Positions 1 through 9,240 of a stretch of 64,000 bases of DNA are shown piece after piece. Where the stretch lies: contig JBDRQF010000061.1 of assembly GCA_043826435.1 (NCBI GenBank), positions 1-64,000 on the forward strand, read 5' to 3'. Made by a program: the position numbers and the translations under genes. The first letter of the stretch is position 1, and every line of letters starts with the position of its first letter. The stretch comes from Elusimicrobiota bacterium (GTDB lineage: Bacteria; Elusimicrobiota; Endomicrobiia; CG1-02-37-114; JAHJSO01). Under the pieces are notes generated by a model. The model had not been told where the DNA came from and did not search any database. It was given only the letters and a program-made list of their open reading frames with translations.

Positions 1-617
1 AGCAATTCTCCCTGTTTCCCAATCAGCACCGAGCGGATGCCGAAGTTCAGATCCCTCACGGGCAGCCACACCATAAAATAAAAAAGGGTTGAGTTTATTA
101 TTGTCAGGGCGACGAAAGTAAAGGCGCCGAGCAGGAGAGTCATGACCCTGAGCCGACTGAAATTATCGCCGCTTTGTCCGGTGCGTGAAAGCGAGATGCC
201 GTATATGAAAAATATGCCGCTTGAAATTTCAATACGGTATTGATGTTCGTTGTTCTCAGGGGTTACGTGATTTTCGTTTAAGTAGGTGTTCCGCTCGGTT
301 ATTATGTTGTGGGCGAGGATTTTTCCTTTATCGTCCACAATCATTGCATACAGGCATCCCGGTTTTTTTGAAAGAGCCCCCAGGTATTTTATTACCGATA
401 TGTCGTCGCCCGATTTTACCGCCGGGGAGAGTAATGACAGATACGTATCCGCCGTGGTTTCCATGTCCCTGATGAGCGTATCCTTGAGTATTGTCCCGCC
501 GGCCCCCGTGAAGACAAAAACGAATAGAATATAAATAAGGATAAAATTACAGATTCCCGCGACGAGCAAATGTTTTTTCAGAATGTTTAATGACCTGAAA
601 TTAGCGTGCAACTTCAT
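1..617 (-). CDS. Membrane sensor-type protein (two TM segments, HAMP-like region); 3' end runs off the window
   Basis: Read manually from ATG at 617: MKLHANF...ILFVFVFTG (TM1), extracytoplasmic DDKGKILAH, TM2 (LLLGAFTFVALTIIN...VWLPVRDLNFGIRSV). Open to position 1. Confidence 0.6.
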   Translation of the reverse strand, partial: MKLHANFRSLNILKKHLLVAGICNFILIYILFVFVFTGAGGTILKDTLIRDMETTADTYLSLLSPAVKSGDDISVIKYLGALSKKPGCLYAMIVDDKGKILAHNIITERNTYLNENHVTPENNEHQYRIEISSGIFFIYGISLSRTGQSGDNFSRLRVMTLLLGAFTFVALTIINSTLFYFMVWLPVRDLNFGIRSVLIGKQGEL

Positions 618-636
618 ACGTATTTACGCCCCCGTG

Positions 637-1149
637 TTAAAGATAAATTTCAATCTCAATTAATCTTAAAACCATCCCCGTTGAAAGGAAAAGGATATAA
701 GGAAGACCCGGGCTTCCCTTTAATTTTATATTCGTTCTCTGCTGCAGGACGACCGTCATAAAAAGAAAATAATACGCGTCCCTGACGGTTGCCCGGAGAG
801 TCCCTCTGACAAGCGAACTGAAAAAGGCGTATATACCGGCGATAATCGCCCCGTACATTGCCCCTGTTAACATAAATTCCCAGCCCTTCAGCCCGCCCGC
901 AGCCATGAGAAATTTTACGTCGCCTGCGCCGATACCACCGGACAGGAAAAAGAAGAATGAGATTGCAAAACCGGCAGTGATCCCGGCGGCGCTATGGGCA
1001 AGCCCGGGGACGCCCGACAAAAGAAAATTCAACGTTAAGCCGCAAAACATGGCGGGGAATACAACGATATTATATGCCTTCCTCCGTGAAACGTCCGTGA
1101 AGGAGCAAATTATGAGGAAGAGGAAAAATACGGTGTTCAGGGTAGTCAT
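637..1149 (-). CDS. A24-family prepilin peptidase (CpaA/TadV-like)
   Basis: Hydrophobic protein with TD and GGIGAGDVKF aspartate motifs and a C-terminal LPY. Start could be upstream, up to 1203. Confidence 0.85.
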   Translation of the reverse strand: MTTLNTVFFLFLIICSFTDVSRRKAYNIVVFPAMFCGLTLNFLLSGVPGLAHSAAGITAGFAISFFFFLSGGIGAGDVKFLMAAGGLKGWEFMLTGAMYGAIIAGIYAFFSSLVRGTLRATVRDAYYFLFMTVVLQQRTNIKLKGSPGLPYILFLSTGMVLRLIEIEIYL

Positions 1150-1319
1150 CCGGGAATTTATAACTCCTGCTGTTTTAAAAGTCGCCATTTTTATTATACA
1201 CATTTTTTTGTGAAGTATCTGTGAAGGGGGTGGGACTTCCTGTTCAGGAATTTGGCCGCAAAATTTGTCGGCGGGTTTGATTTTTTTGTTTTTTTTTGAT
1301 ATAATCAGGTTTCATCAGG

Positions 1320-1391
1320 GGGCTCGTAGCTCAATGGCGGAGCGGCTGGCTCATAACCAGTTGGTTGTAGGTTCGAATCCTACCGAGCCCA
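1320..1391 (+). tRNA. tRNA with CAT anticodon, most likely tRNA-Ile2 (lysidine type)
   Basis: GGGCTCG/CGAGCCC acceptor stem, GCTGG-CTCATAA-CCAGT anticodon arm, GTTCGAATCC T-loop. Lacks initiator features; CCA is not encoded. Ile2 versus elongator Met is an inference. Confidence 0.9.
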
Positions 1392-1396
1392 GTCAT

Positions 1397-1469
1397 GGGC
1401 AATTGGCTCAGTGGTTAGAGCGTACGGTTCACATCCGTAAGGTCGGGGGTTCAAATCCCTCATTGCCCA
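1397..1469 (+). tRNA. tRNA-Val(CAC)
   Basis: GGGCAAT/ATTGCCC acceptor stem, TACGG-TTCACAT-CCGTA anticodon arm, GTTCAAATCC T-loop. Confidence 0.95.
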
Positions 1470-1518
1470 TAGGAATACATAAAATGGGCTATATGAACGG
1501 GCGAGCGGAGCCGCCCTT

Positions 1519-1539
1519 GTTCAAATCCCTCATTGCCCA
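1519..1539 (+). repeat. Exact 21-nt copy of the tRNA-Val 3' end
   Basis: GTTCAAATCCCTCATTGCCCA occurs at 1449-1469 and again at 1519-1539. Confidence 0.9.
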
Positions 1540-1627
1540 CAAGAGGGTCTTAATAGGGGTGTTCTGTTGATGGTTTTTACTAACTTAAAATAGAGTTGCG
1601 AAAGCACTAATGAGGTGAACGCACGCT

Positions 1628-2374
1628 TTGGAAAATGAGTTCGGACAACAAATAGGTTTTCTTGTGGAACTCCAGGAGATGGATATAGACCTTGACCGTA
1701 TGGAGGAAGAATATACCTCCATTCCCGACGAGATAGACGCCTGTAAAAAAGAAATAGAAAGCAGAAAGTCGGAGGTGGAGGAGAACAGGAAACAATCAAA
1801 AGAGCTTATGGTAGAACAGAAAAACCTTGAAATAGAAATATCCTCAAAGGAAGAAGCAATCAAAAAACACAAGATGGAACTTAATACCATAAAAACCAAC
1901 GAACAATACAAGATACTGCAGGCTGAAATCGCAAGGGCGGAGCAGGAAAAGAGCGTCCTTGAGGACGAATACCTGAAACTTATAGACATAATTGGCGAGA
2001 AGAACAAATTGATTGCCGGGGCGGAGCAGGAGTTAAAATCCGAAGAGGCAAGGATACTTGCGTCAATAAAAGAACTTGAGGACAAGAGTGCCGCCCTTGA
2101 ACAGGAGATAAACCGGAAAAAGGAAGAGAGGGGAAAATACGTAGCAGTGGTAACAGAGACGATATTAAAGAAATACGAGCATATAAGGAAGGGCAAGGAC
2201 GGCATAGCCATCTCTATGATTGAAAACACCCACTGCGGAAGTTGCAGGATAAATCTGCCGCCGCAGGTCATCAACGAGGTTTCAAAAGGAGCGTGGCTTG
2301 TTTTCTGTGATAATTGTTCAAGGATACTTTATTTGAAAACTGAAAATCAGGGGAAGGATGAAGGGTCGCTCTGA
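1628..2374 (+). CDS. Coiled-coil protein with C4 zinc ribbon (CT398/HP0958-like)
   Basis: Long E/K coiled coil, then CGSC...CDNCSRIL. GAGGTG RBS lies before the TTG start. This family commonly neighbours rnpB. Confidence 0.9.
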   Translation: MENEFGQQIGFLVELQEMDIDLDRMEEEYTSIPDEIDACKKEIESRKSEVEENRKQSKELMVEQKNLEIEISSKEEAIKKHKMELNTIKTNEQYKILQAEIARAEQEKSVLEDEYLKLIDIIGEKNKLIAGAEQELKSEEARILASIKELEDKSAALEQEINRKKEERGKYVAVVTETILKKYEHIRKGKDGIAISMIENTHCGSCRINLPPQVINEVSKGAWLVFCDNCSRILYLKTENQGKDEGSL

Positions 2375-2761
2375 CGGTCTGTCCTCAGGGACTGGCCGTC
2401 GGGGAGGAAAGTCCGAACTCCCAAAGTGAATGCTGGTTTCGGCGTTCACTTTAACAAGGCAGTGGGTAACGCCCATACACCGCAAGGTGAGAGGTGCGAA
2501 CAGTGACGGCCGGGTCCGCAAGGGTCCGGCATCCGTGATGGATGCGGAGATATTCGTAGGGAACCGTCGGCGGCGCGATGTGTGTCCCGGTGACTAACAC
2601 GAATGTGAAACGGCTAAATCCTTGCCCGGGAGCAAGTCCAAATTAGGTAGGACGCATAACTCTGGTGGCAACGCCAGATGTAGATAAATGACCCGCACGG
2701 GCGAATAATAACTTTGCAAAGTTATTCGTCTGACAGAATTCGGCTTACAATCCTTCCCCTG
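2348..2761 (+). ncRNA. rnpB: RNase P RNA with atypical architecture
   Basis: P1 CAGGGGAAGGAT/ATCCTTCCCCTG, CR-I GAGGAAAGTCCG, ACAGTGAC, GTGAAACGG, CR-IV TAGATAAATGA, CR-V ACAGAATTCGGCTTAC. Confidence 0.95.
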
Positions 2762-2901
2762 TTTTTATTTTCAAACCATTTTTTACCTGTCAGAAGTATA
2801 TACAAATACACACCGACACACCCCCAAATAAAATTTTAAGGATTTCTATAGCACATCGCACTAAATATCCCGCCAGCCAGAAATTTTTTTTCTTACCCCC
2901 C

Positions 2902-2958
2902 TTGACAACCTGGTGTAAATAATGTATACTAATGTGGTAGAAAGTGGTAATTAGTGGG
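2902..2958 (+). promoter_or_regulatory. Sigma70 promoter of the dcw operon with three MraZ-binding boxes
   Basis: TTGACA (2902) - 17 bp - TATACT (2925). GTGG boxes at 2934, 2944 and 2954 have a 10-bp period, the known MraZ operator pattern. Confidence 0.85.
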
Positions 2959-3027
2959 AAACGGCTGCAGGGTCGCCCCGGCAGGGGCACGGCGGCCATG
3001 GACATTGCAAGGGACACCGTACACCGC

Positions 3028-3453
3028 ATGATTTTTACAGGCCTTTATTCTCACACCATAGACAGAAAGAACCGTCTTTTCCTCCCGGCGAAGATATGCA
3101 GGGGGAAAAAGAAGTTTATTGTCACGCCCGGGCTCGACGGTTGCCTTTACCTTTACCCGATTGATATATGGGAGAAACTCACGCAGAAACTTGAGGCGCT
3201 TTCCCTCGCAAACAAAAGCGAGGAGAGGGCTTTCAAAAGGGCATTCCTTTCCGGCGCCGTTGAAATAGAGGTGGATTCTTTCGGCAGGATACTTATTCCG
3301 CAGAAACTAAAGAAGGACGTGGCGATATACAGGAGGACGGTTATCGCCGGGGTAGGCAACCGGCTTGAGATATGGTCGGAAGAGAGATGGCGGAGATACT
3401 ACCGCAAATCAAAAAACATTCTGAAAAGGATAACCGCAAAGTTAGAAATATAA
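3028..3453 (+). CDS. mraZ: Division/cell wall cluster transcriptional repressor MraZ
   Basis: MIFTGLYSHTIDRKNRL, DGCLYLYP, DSFGRILIP, GVGNRLEIW. Confidence 0.95.
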   Translation: MIFTGLYSHTIDRKNRLFLPAKICRGKKKFIVTPGLDGCLYLYPIDIWEKLTQKLEALSLANKSEERAFKRAFLSGAVEIEVDSFGRILIPQKLKKDVAIYRRTVIAGVGNRLEIWSEERWRRYYRKSKNILKRITAKLEI

Positions 3454-3456
3454 ATA

Positions 3457-4365
3457 GTGAAACACATGCACATCCCGGTACTTGCAGACGAAGCGATTAA
3501 TTTTCTGAACGTCCAAAAAGACGGCATTTACGTTGACGCCACCGCAGGCGCGGGGGGGCATTCGGGGAAGATACTTGAAAAACTGGAAAGAGGCGCCCTG
3601 ATAGCGATTGATGCCGACGGCGCTGCTCTGGAAACGGCGGCCAGTGGCCTTGAAAAATATGCCGGGAAGGTAAAGTTTGTCAACGGGAATTTTGCAGACA
3701 TCGGCGCCATTTTAAACGGCCTGTACATAAAAGGGATTGACGGGATTTTGTACGACCTTGGCATTTCATCAATGCAGATAGCGGAAGCAAAAAGGGGTTT
3801 CAGTTTCATGCAGGACGGACCGCTGGACATGCGGATGGATACCAACCGGAGGTTTAACGCCGGGGACATAATAGATTCCTACCCCGAAGAAGAACTCAGA
3901 CGCATTTTTATTTCATACGGCCAGGACAGGTGGGCGGCAAGGGTCGCGAGGAGGATTGTTGAAGCCAGGAAGAGTGAGGATATAAAGACGACGCTGCAAC
4001 TCTCAAAAATAATCAAAGATTCAATTCCAGCCGGCTATATCAGAAAAAGCAGGATTGACCCGTCAACAAGGATATTTCAGGCGCTCCGTATAGAGGTTAA
4101 CAATGAATTAAAAAATCTCTCGGACACACTCCCGGGGGCGATGTCTTTTCTAAAACCCGGCGGGAGGATGGTTGTCCTGTCCTATCACTCGCTGGAGGAC
4201 CGCATAGTAAAAAATTTTTTCAGGGGGAATAAAGGCGTTCTGAAGACACTTACCAAAAAGCCGGTAGTCCCGTCGGACGAAGAGGTCGGCAGGAATGCCA
4301 GGTCCAGAAGCGCGCTGCTCAGGGCGGCGGAAATGATGCCGCCGGTTAAATACGCGGGGGAATGA
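3457..4365 (+). CDS. rsmH: 16S rRNA m4C1402 methyltransferase
   Basis: HIPVL, DATAGAGGHS, DLGISSMQ, FQALRIEVN, SYHSLEDRIVK, RSRSA. Confidence 0.97.
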   Translation: MKHMHIPVLADEAINFLNVQKDGIYVDATAGAGGHSGKILEKLERGALIAIDADGAALETAASGLEKYAGKVKFVNGNFADIGAILNGLYIKGIDGILYDLGISSMQIAEAKRGFSFMQDGPLDMRMDTNRRFNAGDIIDSYPEEELRRIFISYGQDRWAARVARRIVEARKSEDIKTTLQLSKIIKDSIPAGYIRKSRIDPSTRIFQALRIEVNNELKNLSDTLPGAMSFLKPGGRMVVLSYHSLEDRIVKNFFRGNKGVLKTLTKKPVVPSDEEVGRNARSRSALLRAAEMMPPVKYAGE

Positions 4366-4637
4366 TAAAGAAACACAAGGGGTATTTTTTCGCTACGGTG
4401 TCGGTGTTTATTGTGGCGCTGGTTTATATTTTTGAACAGGTTGAGGCGCAGAGGACGCTTAACAGGCTGGAAGCCCTGCACAAGGAAAAATCAAAAACGT
4501 TACAGGATTTGAGCGATTTGCAGATAACTCTTTCGGGGTTGAAGTCCCTCGGGAAACTGGAGCAGCATGCAAAGGAAATGAAGTTTTGCGAACTGCCGGA
4601 GAACAGGGTAATATATATAAATGAAAAGAACAAATAA
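4362..4637 (+). CDS. ftsL: Cell division protein FtsL-like
   Basis: One TM helix plus a leucine coiled coil, located between rsmH and the PBP gene. Confidence 0.7.
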   Translation: MIKKHKGYFFATVSVFIVALVYIFEQVEAQRTLNRLEALHKEKSKTLQDLSDLQITLSGLKSLGKLEQHAKEMKFCELPENRVIYINEKNK

Positions 4638-6345
4638 GCGGATTACACTCGTATTTTACTGCGTTGTCCTGACGGCGGCGGCGCTGGTTTTAAAATTATT
4701 GCAGATACAGGTGTGGGAGCACGACAGGTTTGAAAAATTTTCCAGCCGGCAAATCAGCAAACAGGAAAAGGCAGGTACCCCGCGCGGGTTTATTTATGAC
4801 AGGCATAAACGGATACTCGCGATGGACGTTGAGTCACTCTCATTCTCCGCATTCCCGGGGGAAATAAAGGACGTTAAGGGTTTTTCGTCAAAATTAGGCG
4901 ACTGCCTGAATATGCCGCCGGCGATTATATCGCAGAAACTGAACAGCGGGAAAAATTTTGTTTATATAAAGAGAAAATTTGTTCCTGACAAGTTATTGTC
5001 CGAATCACCTGATGCCTTAAAAGGGTTTACGTCGCGGATGAGAGAACTGAAAAAAGAAGGGCTCATAGTGGATGCGGAACCCTGCCGGTATTACCCGCAC
5101 AAAAACATAACGTCACAGATTGTGGGGGTGGTAGGGACCGACGGAGCAGGTCTTTCAGGTGTGGAATTCATGCTTGACAAATTCATAAAACGCAGCAGGG
5201 CGGGGGACACGGGCTCTACGAGGAGAGGCATTAGAGCGGACAACTACCAGAACAGGATTAATGTTTCCCTGACCATTGACTCAACCCTGCAGCATATAGC
5301 CGCGGCTGAGATGGAAAAGATTATTGAAAAATATTCGCCCCAAAAGGCCTTTATTATAATGCAAGACCCGCGGACGGGCGAAATACTTGCGATAGTGAGC
5401 TGGCCATGGTTTGATCCCAATGAGCATGAATTTTCTACAAAGGATTTAAAAATCCCCGCAATACACGACGTATTTGAACCCGGTTCAACTTTCAAGATAG
5501 TTTCCGCTGCGTCCGCCCTGGACGAGGGGGCGTTCGCCGAGGATGATATTATATATTGTGAAAACGGGAAATACAAATTTGCAGACAGGGTAATAAACGA
5601 CCACGAGAAGCGCGATTATCTTACCTTTGAGGGAGTATTCGCATATTCCTCCAATATCGGTTTTGCAAAAATCGGCAACAAGGTCGGTAAGGAACGGCTG
5701 TATTACTGGATGAGGCAGTTCGGTTTCGGCGCATGGACGGGTATCAACATGGCGGGTGAACAGAAAGGGCTTATGCTTTCCCCTAAAAGCAGGGGCTGGA
5801 CGGTCGTCACCACGCCCAACATATCTTACGGACAGGGTGTGGGTGTTACGGGACTGCAGGTCATCAATGCCTATTCCTGTATCGCCAATGGGGGCATTTT
5901 GTATGAGCCGTCAATAATTAAAAGTGTTTTTGACGACGGGGGCAATGTGTTGGACGCAATGGGGCCGCGGGAAATACGCAGGGCGCTGTCGCCGGATATA
6001 GCCCGAAGGTTAAGGTCATTGCTGGTTAAGGCGGTTGGCTACGGCACGGGACAGCAGGCGCAGGTAAAGGGATATACTGTTGCGGGTAAGACCGGCACAG
6101 CCCAGAAAATTGACCCCGCTACGAGAAAGTATGCCGCAGACAGGCACATAGCGAGTTTCTGCGGGTTCCTCCCGGCGAAAAATCCTGCGCTCGTTATCCT
6201 TGTGGTTATAGATGAGCCGAAAGGGAATTACTGGGCGAGCGAAGTGGCGTGCCCTTCTTTCAGAGAGGTGGCGGCGAAGGCAATGAATTATATGAAAATT
6301 CCTAGAAAAGAAACTCCTTATGAATTCACTAAAATATCTCGTTGA
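4621..6345 (+). CDS. ftsI: Class B penicillin-binding protein (FtsI)
   Basis: RGFIYDR, EPGSTFK (SxxK), SSN, KTGTAQK; dcw position. Confidence 0.93.
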   Translation: MKRTNKRITLVFYCVVLTAAALVLKLLQIQVWEHDRFEKFSSRQISKQEKAGTPRGFIYDRHKRILAMDVESLSFSAFPGEIKDVKGFSSKLGDCLNMPPAIISQKLNSGKNFVYIKRKFVPDKLLSESPDALKGFTSRMRELKKEGLIVDAEPCRYYPHKNITSQIVGVVGTDGAGLSGVEFMLDKFIKRSRAGDTGSTRRGIRADNYQNRINVSLTIDSTLQHIAAAEMEKIIEKYSPQKAFIIMQDPRTGEILAIVSWPWFDPNEHEFSTKDLKIPAIHDVFEPGSTFKIVSAASALDEGAFAEDDIIYCENGKYKFADRVINDHEKRDYLTFEGVFAYSSNIGFAKIGNKVGKERLYYWMRQFGFGAWTGINMAGEQKGLMLSPKSRGWTVVTTPNISYGQGVGVTGLQVINAYSCIANGGILYEPSIIKSVFDDGGNVLDAMGPREIRRALSPDIARRLRSLLVKAVGYGTGQQAQVKGYTVAGKTGTAQKIDPATRKYAADRHIASFCGFLPAKNPALVILVVIDEPKGNYWASEVACPSFREVAAKAMNYMKIPRKETPYEFTKISR

Positions 6346-7843
6346 GGGCATCCCTGAGGTAGTACGGATAGAGGGCACCGCGGACATTGCAATTTCTGGT
6401 ATCGCCTATGATTCAAGGAAAGTGTCTGCAGGGAATATCTTTGTATGCCTCCACGGACAGCGCACAGATGGTGAAAAATTTGTCGGTGACGCCGTCTCGC
6501 GGGGTGCGGTAGCGGTAGTGGTTGAGGTTGCGGTTGCAACGGAAGGTTCTGCGCCCGCGGACAAACCCGTAACATATGTTATTGTAAATAATGCATTGTC
6601 TTTCCTGGCGCGCGTTTCTGCAAAATTTTATTCCTTCCCTTCGGAAAAACTAAACATCGTCGGAGTAACAGGGACAAACGGCAAGACCACCGTCACCTAT
6701 TTAATTGAGTCGGTGCTCAGGGAGGCAGGTATCCCGTGCGGGGTTATAGGCACGCTTAATTACAGGGTGGGCAGGGATGTGATAAGGGCGGAAAACACAA
6801 CGCCACAGTCGGCTGATTTACAGAAACTCCTGTGGCAGGCGGTTAAGAATAAAATAAAGACGGTGGTAATGGAGGTTTCGTCTCACGGTCTTGAACTCGG
6901 CAGGGTGTTATGGACGGAGTTTGATTCCGCCGTGTTCACAAACCTTACCCGTGACCACCTTGACTTTCACAAGACGTTTGAGGACTACTTCAGGGCGAAA
7001 CTTAAATTGTTTGAAATGCTGGCAGGTGATGCGGAGCCCTGCGGAAAAAAGACAAATAAATTTGCTATAATAAATGTTGACGACCGGTGGGGCAGGGTAA
7101 TCGCGGAGAACATGGCAGGGAAGATAAGGGTTGTTACGTACGGCATTAACCAGAAGAACTCTCCGGTTAAACCGGATGTCCGGGCTGACAGGGCGGTATT
7201 CAACAGGGAAGGGACCACGATGAAAATAGGCGATACGGTAATAAACTCACCCCTTATAGGAAGGTATAACGCTTACAATATACTCGCCTGTTATGCGTAT
7301 GCGGATGCTTACGGTATAGATAAAGCGGTTATTAAAAAGGGCATTGAAAAATTATGTTGCATCCCGGGGCGGCTGCACAGGGTTGAGTGCGGCCAGCCGT
7401 TTACCGTTCTTGTTGATTACGCCCACACCGACGACGCCCTGACGAACGTGCTGAATACGATAAGGGAAATAAAACCCGCGCACATTATAACGGTGTTCGG
7501 TTGCGGCGGCGACAGGGACAGGACCAAACGGCCCATAATGGGAGAGGTGTCTTCAATGCTTTCCGACTACGTGATTGTTACCAGCGACAACCCGCGCGCG
7601 GAGGACCCGCAGAAAATCCTGCTTGACATAGAGGTGGGTATAAGGCGGACAGGCAGGCGGAATTATGAAATTATGCAGGACAGGGAAAAGGCGATAGAGA
7701 GGGCGATAAACATGGCGTCGGAAGGGGACGTTGTCCTCCTTGCCGGTAAAGGGCACGAGGATTACCAGATTATGGGAGACAAAAAAATTCACTTCAATGA
7801 TACGGAAGTGGCGGAAAGGTATCTGGAGAAATGGAAAAGGTAG
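6320..7843 (+). CDS. murE: UDP-MurNAc-tripeptide synthetase (meso-DAP type)
   Basis: GVTGTNGKTT, MEVSSH, DYAHT, FGCGGDRD, DNPR, AGKGHE. Confidence 0.97.
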   Translation: MNSLKYLVEGIPEVVRIEGTADIAISGIAYDSRKVSAGNIFVCLHGQRTDGEKFVGDAVSRGAVAVVVEVAVATEGSAPADKPVTYVIVNNALSFLARVSAKFYSFPSEKLNIVGVTGTNGKTTVTYLIESVLREAGIPCGVIGTLNYRVGRDVIRAENTTPQSADLQKLLWQAVKNKIKTVVMEVSSHGLELGRVLWTEFDSAVFTNLTRDHLDFHKTFEDYFRAKLKLFEMLAGDAEPCGKKTNKFAIINVDDRWGRVIAENMAGKIRVVTYGINQKNSPVKPDVRADRAVFNREGTTMKIGDTVINSPLIGRYNAYNILACYAYADAYGIDKAVIKKGIEKLCCIPGRLHRVECGQPFTVLVDYAHTDDALTNVLNTIREIKPAHIITVFGCGGDRDRTKRPIMGEVSSMLSDYVIVTSDNPRAEDPQKILLDIEVGIRRTGRRNYEIMQDREKAIERAINMASEGDVVLLAGKGHEDYQIMGDKKIHFNDTEVAERYLEKWKR

Positions 7844-9240
7844 TTCTTAAGGATCTTATCAGGGCGACAAAGGGTAAATTTGTTTTCGGCAACCCGAAAC
7901 AGCCGGTGCTGACGATTTCATCCGACACGAGAAAAATAAAACATGGGGATGTGTTTTTCGCCCTGGAGGGAAAAAGGTTTGACGGGCACAACTTTGTAAC
8001 AAAGGCGATTGAATCCGGCGTCAGCGCCATGGTTGTTACAAAGTTGTCCGACCAGATTAACGCTTTTTTCCCGAATATACCGGCGATAATAATCGTTGAG
8101 GATACTCTTAAGGCCCTGGGTGATTTTGCATCATTTTACAGGACGCAGTTTTCCAGCAGGATGATATGCATTACCGGCTCAAACGGCAAGACGACGACGA
8201 AAGAGATTGCGCATTCAATATTTTCCCTTGTGGGCCCCACGCTTGCCAACTTCGGCACTTATAACAACCTTATCGGCGTGCCGGTGACGCTATTTGAACT
8301 TAACTCACAGCATGCATTCTGCATAGTTGAAATCGGTATTTCATTCAAGGGCGAGATTGACCGGCTTATAAGCATTGCCTACCCGGACATATCCGTTATC
8401 ACGAACATCGGAAACGCGCACCTGGAGTTACTGGATGACCTGAACGGCGTGTTCGTAGAAAAGAAAAAGATAGCCACAGGGCTTACCGGGGAAAAATACG
8501 CGGTGCTAAACATTGACGACCCTTACCTTGCGGAACTTATTCCCGAGTTGAAATGCAGGGTTATCACCTACGGGTTTAACAACAGGGCGGACATATTTGT
8601 TACCGACGAGAAATATCATAAAGATACAACCGAGTTCGTCCTGCACGTAAGGAGTGCGGGAAAACCCGGCACGGTTGACAGGGTAAACGTAAAGATGCCT
8701 GCCGTCGGGAAGTTTAACATATACAACGCCATTGCAGCAGCCGGCGCCGCCCATGCGGCAGAGATTGACCTGCAGACGATAAAACACGGGATTGAAAAAT
8801 TCATACCGCCGCAGATGAGAATGGAAACGATTGAACTGCCTTCAGGCGCCACGATAATAAATGATGCCTATAACGCCAACCCGGACTCAATGCGCCGGGC
8901 GATTGAATGTTTTATCCAGATATATCCGAACAGGGAAAAGGTAGTCGTGCTGGGGGACATGCTTGAACTCGGGAAGCACTCTGCGGCTGAACACAAGAAA
9001 CTGGGCGAGTTCCTTTCAGCCCTGCCTTTGAAGGAAGTTTACCTGTACGGAGATGAAATAGCAAATGCCGTCGGGCCCATGAAAAAAACAGAATCAAACG
9101 GGCCGAAATACTTCCCCGCATCAAAGATAGACAACCTGATGATGCAGTTAAACGGACAGGTAACAAAACCCGTAGCGATACTATTCAAGGCGTCAAGGTT
9201 GGTCGGGCTTGAAAAAATAATAGACAAACTCATACAATAA
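7831..9240 (+). CDS. murF: UDP-MurNAc-tripeptide D-Ala-D-Ala ligase
   Basis: ITGSNGKTTTKE, NDAYNANPDSM, LGDMLELG, KASR. Confidence 0.96.
   Translation: MEKVVLKDLIRATKGKFVFGNPKQPVLTISSDTRKIKHGDVFFALEGKRFDGHNFVTKAIESGVSAMVVTKLSDQINAFFPNIPAIIIVEDTLKALGDFASFYRTQFSSRMICITGSNGKTTTKEIAHSIFSLVGPTLANFGTYNNLIGVPVTLFELNSQHAFCIVEIGISFKGEIDRLISIAYPDISVITNIGNAHLELLDDLNGVFVEKKKIATGLTGEKYAVLNIDDPYLAELIPELKCRVITYGFNNRADIFVTDEKYHKDTTEFVLHVRSAGKPGTVDRVNVKMPAVGKFNIYNAIAAAGAAHAAEIDLQTIKHGIEKFIPPQMRMETIELPSGATIINDAYNANPDSMRRAIECFIQIYPNREKVVVLGDMLELGKHSAAEHKKLGEFLSALPLKEVYLYGDEIANAVGPMKKTESNGPKYFPASKIDNLMMQLNGQVTKPVAILFKASRLVGLEKIIDKLIQ

Noticed and set aside
1265..1570. 101-aa ORF
   Set aside because: It overlies two clear tRNA genes.
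2944..3027. N-terminal extension of MraZ (similarly MurD from 10239, Tsf from 31439, Frr from 32843)
   Set aside because: These are longest-ORF artefacts; family homology starts at the downstream ATG.
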